DNA of 20,000 nt from an uncultured virus (IMG/VR IMGVR_UViG_3300027763_002034) (IMGVR_UViG_3300027763_002034:51515-71514), one strand, 5' to 3'; numbered from the stretch's first letter, positions 8,982 to 16,519 are shown. Translations and numbers: made by a program. The notes: generated from the letters alone by a model not told the origin.

Positions 8982-9148
8982 AATGTTCCGAGTTTTTAAT
9001 TCCCTCAGAACCACATATTATAATAATATGTCATATCTTGAGAGAGATACGTTTATTTTTTGTCTGTTTATAAATACTTTACTTTAATGGACTGACAATA
9101 GTCATTTATTATTTTTTAAAATAATTTCGTATATTCATATATATTTAT

Positions 9149-9156
9149 TATCTTTG
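9149..9156 (+). promoter_or_regulatory. Bacteroidota sigma-A -7 element driving the tRNA array
   Basis: TATCTTTG matches TAnnTTTG and ends 11 nt before tRNA-Thr; only an imperfect -33 element near 9125. Confidence 0.65.
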
Positions 9157-9167
9157 TAAAACAATAA

Positions 9168-9240
9168 GCCTTCTTAGCTCAGCAGGTAGAGCGCGAAATT
9201 TGTAATTTCGATGTCATTGGTTCGATTCCGATAGAAGGCT
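9168..9240 (+). tRNA. trnT: tRNA-Thr(UGU)
   Basis: Acceptor GCCTTCT/AGAAGGC; D arm GCTC/GAGC; anticodon arm CGAAA-TTTGTAA-TTTCG; T loop TTCGATT; CCA not encoded. Confidence 0.95.
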
Positions 9241-9242
9241 CA

Positions 9243-9418
9243 ACAGGTGACGACGGTGGTGTAACCCCACTGTCTATGAATCCCAAAAGATCCGTCTGAC
9301 TCGCGAGGTAGGGCGGTGAGGGTAGAGTTACTATAAGTCGGGAGTAATTAACCCAATACGAAAATGTAACCGCAGATTATGTCTGTTATGATGTACATAG
9401 ATGGTACAAAAAACCTGT
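9243..9418 (+). ncRNA. Unidentified structured RNA in the tRNA array (spacer A)
   Basis: Closing helix ACAGGT/ACCTGT; hairpin GACGGTGG/CCACTGTC; nested GCGGT/ACCGC, GGGT/ACCC and AGTTACT/AGTAATT; TGTAC/GTACA. Confidence 0.55.
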
Positions 9419-9430
9419 AACTTTTTGAAA

Positions 9431-9495
9431 CTAACTCAACGAGGACTTTGTCAACCAGAGCAGTGACTCGGATGGTGCAACTTAAGGTGAGTTAG
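9431..9495 (+). ncRNA. Small structured element
   Basis: CTAACTCA (9431-9438) pairs with TGAGTTAG (9488-9495); internal CGAG/CTCG; a T8 tract follows nearby. Confidence 0.35.
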
Positions 9496-9521
9496 AATCA
9501 AATTTTTTTTGGCTATTAAAA

Positions 9522-9606
9522 TGACACGTTGCCATAGAGGCCGAATGGTCCAGACTGTTAATCTGGTGAGTAAAATCCACCGTAGGTTCGACTCCTACCG
9601 TGTCAG
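9522..9606 (+). tRNA. trnN: tRNA-Asn(GUU) with a long (class II-like) variable arm
   Basis: Acceptor TGACACG/CGTGTCA with G73; anticodon arm CCAGA-CTGTTAA-TCTGG; 15-nt variable region; T arm GTAGG-TTCGACT-CCTAC. Confidence 0.9.
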
Positions 9607-9615
9607 CAAACAATA

Positions 9616-9688
9616 GGACTTGTAGCTCAGCTGGTAGAGCAAGACACTCATAATGTCGAGGTCGGGGGATCATACCCCTCCGGGTCCA
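9616..9688 (+). tRNA. tRNA with CAU anticodon (Ile2 more likely than elongator Met), atypical T loop
   Basis: Acceptor GGACTTG/CGGGTCC with A73; loop CTCATAA; T loop ATCATAC. No C1:A72 mismatch and no triple G-C anticodon stem, so not an initiator. Confidence 0.85.
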
Positions 9689-9689
9689 C

Positions 9690-9885
9690 ACGGTTCGGTT
9701 GGTCACCGAATAGTATGTCCAATATGAAGAGAAATGGTTTGACGACCATATGGAACTGATGATAGGACAAGGTTCTATTTAGATTGACCGTCTACTATAA
9801 GGGGTAAATATAGTAACCCAATGGTCTATTCCTAACCTGAAAGGGGACAGCTAAGACACCTGTGAGTTGGATAAATAAAGGTGTC
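9690..9885 (+). ncRNA. Unidentified structured RNA(s) in the tRNA array (spacer B) with two potential pseudoknots
   Basis: ACGGTT/GACCGT encloses TTCGGT/ACCGAA, TGTCC/GGACA and ATGGTT/GACCAT. Then TACTATA/TATAGTA crossed by GGGT/ACCC, and GACACCT/AGGTGTC crossed by CAGCT/AGTTG. Confidence 0.5.
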
Positions 9886-9888
9886 AAC

Positions 9889-9972
9889 GGAAGAGTACTT
9901 CAGGCGGCCCTGAATCCAGTCTTGAAAACTGTGAGTACTGCAAGGTATGGCGATCGACACGTCACTCTTCCG
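9889..9972 (+). tRNA. trnS: tRNA-Ser(UGA), foldable as an 8/4 acceptor/T-stem type
   Basis: GGAAGAGT/ACTCTTCC (8 bp) with G73; 6-bp D stem TTCAGG/CCTGAA; loop CTTGAAA; long variable arm; T arm GGCG-ATCGACA-CGTC. Confidence 0.88.
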
Positions 9973-10015
9973 CACGGGTCTTAGCCCAAGGAGAAATCTA
10001 GAATACTAAGTGGCA

Positions 10016-10040
10016 CCTCGGAAAGACGAGGATTTTTTTT
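10016..10040 (+). terminator. Rho-independent terminator-like hairpin
   Basis: CCTCG-GAAAGA-CGAGG-A-TTTTTTTT, ending immediately before tRNA-Glu. Confidence 0.65.
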
Positions 10041-10112
10041 GATCCTATCGACTAAGGGTTAGGTCACCACCCTTTCACGGTGGTAATACGGGTTCGAATC
10101 CCGTTGGGAGTA
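10041..10112 (+). tRNA. trnE: tRNA-Glu(UUC) with a weak acceptor stem
   Basis: Anticodon arm CCACC-CTTTCAC-GGTGG; T arm ACGGG-TTCGAAT-CCCGT. Acceptor GATCCTA/TGGGAGT has G1-U72, an A2:G71 mismatch and U6-G67. Confidence 0.85.
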
Positions 10113-10119
10113 CAAATTT

Positions 10120-10782
10120 ATGAGTAAAACTTTATGGACATTCGGAGATTCATTTACACAAGGATTTTGTTGTGTACCGGTTGTGGGATACCCAATGCCC
10201 AAATATTATGAATATAAAAAATTAGGGGAAGATATTTGGTCTAATTTATTAAGTAAATATTTAGGTAACAAATTGATGAATAAAGGTTTAGCTGGAATTT
10301 CCAACGATTCTATAATCGATATAATCATAGATAATTGGGATTACATTAAACCAAATGATATTGTAATAATAGGAATAACCGCTAATGTTAGAATTGATGT
10401 TCCGATTAGAGAAAATAAAAAATTAAACATTGATAAACCATGTCTGTATTCTATGAGTAATCTTTTAAATTCGGAATTAATGAATGATATGACGGAAATA
10501 GAAAAAGAAACAATATTCAATTTTCAATACTATTTTTCGAATTCAGTGTTATATCAAGAAAGAAACTTAAAAAGATTTAATTATATAAAAAAATTATTAG
10601 AATTAAATGGAATTTTAGTGTTTATATGGGAATTGGAAAAAGAAATAAATAAATATGAAACAATATCAACCGCAACAAATGATGTTATAAAAGACAATCA
10701 TTGGTCATTTAAAGGAAATTATGATTTTTGTCAAAATATTATTATGAATTTAAAATTAGAATATAGTACCAAATTAATATAA
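10120..10782 (+). CDS. SGNH/GDSL hydrolase-like protein (putative esterase/acyltransferase)
   Basis: FGDSFT nucleophile block, NKGLAGISN block II, C-terminal DNHWS (DxH). Confidence 0.75.
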   Translation: MSKTLWTFGDSFTQGFCCVPVVGYPMPKYYEYKKLGEDIWSNLLSKYLGNKLMNKGLAGISNDSIIDIIIDNWDYIKPNDIVIIGITANVRIDVPIRENKKLNIDKPCLYSMSNLLNSELMNDMTEIEKETIFNFQYYFSNSVLYQERNLKRFNYIKKLLELNGILVFIWELEKEINKYETISTATNDVIKDNHWSFKGNYDFCQNIIMNLKLEYSTKLI

Positions 10783-10790
10783 TAAAAAAT

Positions 10791-10922
10791 AAGTAGATGA
10801 CGAAGGATTCAGTAGAAACTGATGAGGCCGTCACACAATATCGGGGTCGGTTATACTTTGGTTTAACCTATACGTGATGTAACCCGAGGCCAAACCCCTG
10901 CTTTGGGTGCTGTCATCTATTT
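10791..10922 (+). ncRNA. Unidentified structured intergenic RNA
   Basis: 11-bp closing helix AAGTAGATGAC/GTCATCTATTT; internal TCAGT/ACTGA, GGCC/GGCC and GGTTA/TAACC; crossing CGTCAC/GTGATG and TCGGG/CCCGA. GC-rich island in AT-rich DNA. Confidence 0.55.
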
Positions 10923-10968
10923 TACACCATCTCCTTTATTTTTTACGTTTTATTGTATATATTTCAGT

Positions 10969-12681
10969 ATGGCGTATAGAAAAATTTTATTCATTATTAA
11001 TAATGAAGAACAAAGAGAATTAGTCACATTTATTGATGATATGTTAGTTAGGTCTGATATTAATTCGAGCGTTTGGTTAATGACAAATATTGAAGATTCA
11101 TTATCCGTCATTAAGGAATATAACCCAAGTCATGTTTTTATTGAGGGTTCTTTTATTAATCCTACCGATTATAATCATCTACCTCATACGTTTCCAAAAG
11201 TAAAATTTATCATTAGATTATTGAATGATTTGACTTTTACAGATAAAGATAATATTAACTATGATTGGTTACCTGGTTATTATAGTTTTAATAACACAGT
11301 AATTGGTGTTAGTTCAACAAAAACATTTGATAATCTTAAAACATTTTTGAAAATAAAAAATCATTGGGTTGGTGAACAAGGTAGTGACAAAGTTCAGTAT
11401 TTACCAAATTATTACCCTATTGATTTAAAATCAAAAATTTTCAATAGACATAAAGATACTATTGACATTTCTTTTTTCGGGCACAATATACCATTAAAAA
11501 AATATATTTCAAATGCATTAGTCACTATCAATTTTGTTGATCACATGGACCATAAACAATTAAGATTTTATATCAATTCAAATGATCTTAATGAAACAGA
11601 TTTGGAAACGTTAAAAAATGTTTTTAACGGTTTATATACAAATCCTGAATTGGTTGAATGTAAATGGAAAACAAAAGAGGAATTTATTGAGATTTCATCT
11701 CAAATTGATATTGCATTAGGAAGTTCATTTTCAAACAATGATAACCTATATGAAATGATTATGGTTAGTCAAGGTACACAATTAATTACATCGAATGACA
11801 TACCTTGGGTAGAAAATTCACATTGTATCGACACCGAAATTATGAACAATATTTTTGTAAAATATGTTAGATTATATGAGGAACCATATTCAAATATATT
11901 TTCTTGTCAAGGTGGATTAAAAAAACAAATGGACATTAATAGAGATGTGTGGTTGGAATTTCTCTATAAAAATAAAATTGCAATTTTTATTAATGGTCAA
12001 TTTAGAGAGTTTGATACTGCGGTAAAATCATGGGGATTTTTAGAGGAATTTGATTATGATATATATGTGTCCACTTGGAGTAAATCTAAACAAGTAAATA
12101 AGAGATTAGATATTGATATTGAAGAAGAGATTACTAGTGATATGATTACTAAACATTTTCCAAATGCAAAAATATCAATTTTAAATCAAGATGATTATGA
12201 ATTTCCTGGTGACGTCACATATCATAATGGTAAACAAATATTTCATTGGAAAAATTGTTTACAGATGTCAAAAGAATCTGGTGTCAAATATGATCAAATA
12301 ATGTTAATTAGACCTGACGATTATTTATTCTATAATGAACCATATGAACATTTTTACCATTGTAAAGACGGAAGAATTATTTATGGTCAATCAAAAATAC
12401 ATATATCACCAAAAATGGAATATTTTCTTCCTGATTATTTTTTCTTCGGTAATTCGGTTCCAATGTCTAAAATGATTGAAACTTTATCAATTGATATGCC
12501 AGGTAATATTCACACCGAATTGGCATTACACATCCTATCGTTGGGTTTTGATGTATTTCAAATAAGTGGATTTGACCTATGTTTAGTTAGACCGACCACA
12601 CGAGGTATTGATGAGTCGACAATAACCAGAGAACTACTCCAAGAAAAATGGGAAAAGTGGGGAAACAACACATTAATTTAA
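10969..12681 (+). CDS. Fusion of a divergent glycosyltransferase-like (GT-B) region and a C-terminal 'GQFR...STW...RPD' putative glycan transferase domain
   Basis: ATG at 10969 preferred, since the TTG at 10903 lies inside the structured RNA. N-terminal half has YLPNYYP...DISFFG...DIALGSSF. C-terminal domain has KIAIFINGQFR, DIYVSTW and YDQIMLIRPD. Confidence 0.65.
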   Translation: MAYRKILFIINNEEQRELVTFIDDMLVRSDINSSVWLMTNIEDSLSVIKEYNPSHVFIEGSFINPTDYNHLPHTFPKVKFIIRLLNDLTFTDKDNINYDWLPGYYSFNNTVIGVSSTKTFDNLKTFLKIKNHWVGEQGSDKVQYLPNYYPIDLKSKIFNRHKDTIDISFFGHNIPLKKYISNALVTINFVDHMDHKQLRFYINSNDLNETDLETLKNVFNGLYTNPELVECKWKTKEEFIEISSQIDIALGSSFSNNDNLYEMIMVSQGTQLITSNDIPWVENSHCIDTEIMNNIFVKYVRLYEEPYSNIFSCQGGLKKQMDINRDVWLEFLYKNKIAIFINGQFREFDTAVKSWGFLEEFDYDIYVSTWSKSKQVNKRLDIDIEEEITSDMITKHFPNAKISILNQDDYEFPGDVTYHNGKQIFHWKNCLQMSKESGVKYDQIMLIRPDDYLFYNEPYEHFYHCKDGRIIYGQSKIHISPKMEYFLPDYFFFGNSVPMSKMIETLSIDMPGNIHTELALHILSLGFDVFQISGFDLCLVRPTTRGIDESTITRELLQEKWEKWGNNTLI

Positions 12682-12686
12682 TTCAA

Positions 12687-13103
12687 ATGAAAAAAATTTA
12701 TACGGGAGGTACGTTTGATTTATTTCATAAAGGACATGTTAATTTCTTAAGACAATGTAGGGAAATTGGTGATTATCTAATCATATCACTTAACACCGAC
12801 GATTTTATATATCGATATAAAGGTTCGTATCCCGTTATTTCATATGAAGACCGTAAAGAAGTTTTATTGTCTTGTAAGTATGTTGATGAAGTTGTCCCTA
12901 ACACTGATGGTGAAGATTCGAAACCGACAATATTAAATGTAAAACCAAATTTTATAATAATTGGTAGTGATTGGGCAAAAAAAGATTATTATAAACAAAT
13001 GAATTTTACACAAAAATGGTTAGACGATAATAACATAATTTTGGTCTACTTACCGTACACCGATAGTATTTCAACTACATTAATAAAAACTAAATTAAAA
13101 TGA
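12687..13103 (+). CDS. tagD: Cytidylyltransferase, TagD (glycerol-3-phosphate cytidylyltransferase)-like
   Basis: YTGGTFDLFHKGH (HxGH), GSDW and ISTT motifs; start reassigned to ATG at 12687. Confidence 0.85.
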   Translation: MKKIYTGGTFDLFHKGHVNFLRQCREIGDYLIISLNTDDFIYRYKGSYPVISYEDRKEVLLSCKYVDEVVPNTDGEDSKPTILNVKPNFIIIGSDWAKKDYYKQMNFTQKWLDDNNIILVYLPYTDSISTTLIKTKLK

Positions 13104-13873
13104 AGATAGCAGTTTTTGTTTATGGTATGTATAGGGAATTTGATGTTGCGGTTAAATCGTGGGACTTTCTTTTTAAAATGGATTGTGATTTTTATTTCTC
13201 AACTTGGTCAAAATCAACAATATTACATTATCCAACTAACACTTTTATTGAAAAACCCGTTTCAATAGAAATGATAACAAATCATATACCAAATGCAAAG
13301 GTTGAGTTATTAGACGAAGAAAAATATATGATTGACAATGAAAACGTCAAAGATGATTATAACAATAAGTTAGTTAATTCAGAAAAGATGATACGCCATT
13401 GGAAAAATTGTTTAAAAATGTGTAAAAATTCTGAAATTAAATATGATCAAATAATGTTAATAAGACCTGATGATTATTTTTTATTAAAGTTTCCATATGA
13501 AAATTTAATAAAATTTAATAGGGATAATGTTTTATATGGTAAAGGTAATGGAATTCAAATTGGCCACGATTTAACACACACAATTAATGATGTTTTTTTT
13601 ATTGGTAATGAATCTACAATTAGTCGTTTTATTGAGGTGTTACCCAACAAATTGGATAAGTTTAATGGTAATAATATCCATAGTGAATTATCGGAATCTA
13701 TTTTATTAAATAAATTTTTTTATGTCGGTATCATTGGATTCGATTCATATATAATAAGACCAAATATTGTTGAACTAAATGGTATTGACTTAAATGAAGA
13801 AAATTTACACCTTAAATTATATGAATGGGCACAAAAAAAGGAATCTATAACATTTTTAAATAATATAAAATAA
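13100..13873 (+). CDS. Putative glycan transferase-like protein, paralog 2
   Basis: KIAVFVYGMYREFD, DFYFSTW, YDQIMLIRPDD; ATGA overlap with the upstream gene. Confidence 0.7.
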   Translation: MKIAVFVYGMYREFDVAVKSWDFLFKMDCDFYFSTWSKSTILHYPTNTFIEKPVSIEMITNHIPNAKVELLDEEKYMIDNENVKDDYNNKLVNSEKMIRHWKNCLKMCKNSEIKYDQIMLIRPDDYFLLKFPYENLIKFNRDNVLYGKGNGIQIGHDLTHTINDVFFIGNESTISRFIEVLPNKLDKFNGNNIHSELSESILLNKFFYVGIIGFDSYIIRPNIVELNGIDLNEENLHLKLYEWAQKKESITFLNNIK

Positions 13874-14625
13874 TGAAAACCGCAATATTCGTTTATGGAC
13901 AATATAGAGATTTTGACGTAGTGGTGAAATCTTGGAATTTTTTAAATAACCTCGATTGTGATGTTTATTTCTCAACGTGGGACAAATCGTATCAAGAAAA
14001 TCCAGCACTTAACTATTACATTGAAAAAGATGTAACTGAAGATATGATATTAAAATATGTCCCCAATGCTAAAATATCAATTTTAAACGAAAAAAACCAT
14101 TACGGTAATAAATTACTACAAACATATAATCCTGAAAAAATGATTTTTCATTTTAAAAAGTGTTTGGAGATGTCCAAAGAAAATAACATTAAATATGATT
14201 TTATAATGTTAACTAGAACGGATAACTTTATAAAATGTAATTTTCCAAGTGAGAATTTTTATTTAATGAATAAAAAAGATAGAATTTACGGTACCAATTC
14301 TGTGGAATTATGTGGACCTAAAAAATTCTTTGTTATGGACATCTTTTTTTGGGGGGATTATGATGTTATGTCAAATTTTATAAACACACTAAAAGATAAT
14401 ACTAAAGATATTCACAATGGTTTAGCTGAACATATTTTTGAATCTAATTTATTTGTTGAAAGTACAAGTGATAAAATATTTATCGCATCTGTTAGAGGTA
14501 ATATTAAAGAATTAAATGAAGAAGAACAATTAATACAAGAATTAGTTTTTTTGAAAACTATTGATTGGAACGATTCGTTATTTAAATATATACGTAAATT
14601 AGAAAACAATGAAAACAATACATAA
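13873..14625 (+). CDS. Putative glycan transferase-like protein, paralog 3
   Basis: KTAIFVYGQYRDFD, DVYFSTW, YDFIMLTRTD; TAATG stop/start coupling. Confidence 0.7.
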   Translation: MKTAIFVYGQYRDFDVVVKSWNFLNNLDCDVYFSTWDKSYQENPALNYYIEKDVTEDMILKYVPNAKISILNEKNHYGNKLLQTYNPEKMIFHFKKCLEMSKENNIKYDFIMLTRTDNFIKCNFPSENFYLMNKKDRIYGTNSVELCGPKKFFVMDIFFWGDYDVMSNFINTLKDNTKDIHNGLAEHIFESNLFVESTSDKIFIASVRGNIKELNEEEQLIQELVFLKTIDWNDSLFKYIRKLENNENNT

Positions 14626-16519
14626 ACCTTGGGGTAAAGAAGAATGGATAGAATTGAACGATTCTTATTGTTATAAAAGAATTTATATAAATGCAGGATA
14701 CAAAACATCCTACCAATATCATATATATAAAAAAGAGACAAATTATATTATTTTGGGTCAAGCGGAAGTTTGGTTAGAAAATGATGAAGGGATTATCGAG
14801 AAAAAAATAATGGGTCCAAATGATTATTTTAATGTTAGTCCACCTAAAAAACATAGAGTGATTGCATTAACTGATTTAATTATGCAGGAGGTTTCAACAC
14901 CCGAAGTTAATGATGTTATTCGAATTGATGACGAATTTAGTAGAGGTGACGGTAAAATTGAAGGTGAACATAAAAATCCGGCGGTTTTAATTTTATGTGC
15001 TGGATTAGGTACAAGATTAAAAAACCTAACAAAAAATATTAATAAAGCATTATTACCAATTAATAATAAAGCAATCATTTCACATATAATTGATAAATTT
15101 CCAAACACATATGATTTTGTCATTGCTTTAGGTTATAAAGGAGATTCCATAAAGAAATATTGTGAAATAACTCATCCTAAACACAAATTTACATTTGTGG
15201 AAATAGATAAATATGATTCGGAAACAACAGGTCCTGGTTATAGTGCATTAATGTGTTCTAAACATTTACAAAAACCATTCTATTTTATAATGGGAGATTG
15301 TTTAATAGATTCACCTTTACCACACATAGATGGTAATTGGTTAGGTGTTTCGCCAACATCTTTTCCTGAAAAATATTCAACTATCAATGTCAATAATGAT
15401 GATGATATCATTTCATTTATGGATAAGAATATAGATGGATACGATTTGGCGTTCATTGGGTTAGGTTCAATTTTTAATTATGAAACATTTTGGAGTGAAC
15501 TACAAAGTAACATAAAAAATAATGAATTAGTTTCTGCGTTTGAAAATCCAAAAAACTATCCAACATTTAAAATAAAAAAATTAAAGTGGTTGGACACCGG
15601 AAACTTAGATGATTTGGAAAAAGCTAAAGAATATTTTAATGACAACCCATTATCTTTGAAAAAAGATGTGAGTGAGATAACATACAAAGATAATAATATT
15701 TTTTTAAAGTTCACTCCCGATACCGAAATACTCAAAAGGAGAATCATTAGGGCAAAACATTTAGGTCATAACATACCTAATAATTTTGGTTTTACCGATG
15801 ATTTCATTTATTATGATTGGATTGAAGGAGATACTCTATATGAGTTAGATGATTTATTCCTATTTAAAAATTTCTTAAGGGTTTTTGAGGAGAAAATTAA
15901 AATTACAACTAAAGGTAATGTTGATGATATACGTAAATTCTATATAGATAAAACAAATAAAAGAATTAATTTATTTTTACCAAAGTATCATTCAGATTAT
16001 TATAACTTAGAGCATGAAATTAACGGTATTAAATTACCATCTATGAAATCAGTACTTGAAACTATCGATTTCCAACAACTTGATAACAATCCTTTTTATA
16101 ATCTATTTCATGGTGATTTACATTTTGATAATATAGTCTATAATAAAAATGAAGACAAATATTATTACATTGATTGGAGAGATAGTTTTGGTGATTCGGT
16201 GGATTTTGGTGATTTATATTATGATTTATCTAAATTTTATGGTGGTTTACTCATACCGTATAATCTAATGAAAAATGAGAATTTAATAACATATAATGAA
16301 GGTTCATATTCAATTAATTATTCCTACCCAATATCGGAAAATTTAATTAAGTTTAAAACAATATACGAAAAATGGGTTATTGATAATGGATTTGATTTGA
16401 AAAAGATTAAATTCATTTCAGGATTAATTTTTCTTAATATGTCACCATTACATGACGGTAAATTTGGTAAAATGTTATGGTTTAAATCGATAGAAATGTT
16501 ATCCAATTATGATAAATAA
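14609..16519 (+). CDS. Three-domain fusion: cupin, nucleotidyltransferase and APH/choline-kinase-like phosphotransferase
   Basis: KPWGKE...SYQYH...KHRV...EVSTPE (cupin); LCAGLGTRL...KALLP...GD (NTP transferase); HGDLHFDN...YIDWR...YDLSK (kinase). Confidence 0.85.
   Translation: MKTIHKPWGKEEWIELNDSYCYKRIYINAGYKTSYQYHIYKKETNYIILGQAEVWLENDEGIIEKKIMGPNDYFNVSPPKKHRVIALTDLIMQEVSTPEVNDVIRIDDEFSRGDGKIEGEHKNPAVLILCAGLGTRLKNLTKNINKALLPINNKAIISHIIDKFPNTYDFVIALGYKGDSIKKYCEITHPKHKFTFVEIDKYDSETTGPGYSALMCSKHLQKPFYFIMGDCLIDSPLPHIDGNWLGVSPTSFPEKYSTINVNNDDDIISFMDKNIDGYDLAFIGLGSIFNYETFWSELQSNIKNNELVSAFENPKNYPTFKIKKLKWLDTGNLDDLEKAKEYFNDNPLSLKKDVSEITYKDNNIFLKFTPDTEILKRRIIRAKHLGHNIPNNFGFTDDFIYYDWIEGDTLYELDDLFLFKNFLRVFEEKIKITTKGNVDDIRKFYIDKTNKRINLFLPKYHSDYYNLEHEINGIKLPSMKSVLETIDFQQLDNNPFYNLFHGDLHFDNIVYNKNEDKYYYIDWRDSFGDSVDFGDLYYDLSKFYGGLLIPYNLMKNENLITYNEGSYSINYSYPISENLIKFKTIYEKWVIDNGFDLKKIKFISGLIFLNMSPLHDGKFGKMLWFKSIEMLSNYDK

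Noticed and set aside
9482..9706. 74-aa minus-strand ORF
   Set aside because: Antisense to tRNA-Asn and the CAU tRNA; a shadow ORF.
9756..9785. Hammerhead ribozyme at CTGATGA-TAGGAC/GTTCTA
   Set aside because: No GAAA follows the putative stem II.
9889..9972. tRNA-Sec or opal suppressor
   Set aside because: The anticodon is UGA (reads Ser UCA), not UCA, and genes translate cleanly in code 11 with no sign of stop-codon recoding.
9241..10015. Theta/HDV-like ribozymes at tRNA 3' ends
   Set aside because: I could not build the nested double pseudoknot with a catalytic C at any tRNA 3' end by eye; a descriptor search would be needed to exclude it.
10819..10910. Canonical hammerhead ribozyme
   Set aside because: GAAA lacks its G, the cleavage triplet would end in G, and there is no stem I; kept only as an unknown structured RNA.
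10903..10968. N-terminal extension from the TTG start at 10903
   Set aside because: It overlaps the structured RNA helix; the ATG at 10969 is more plausible.
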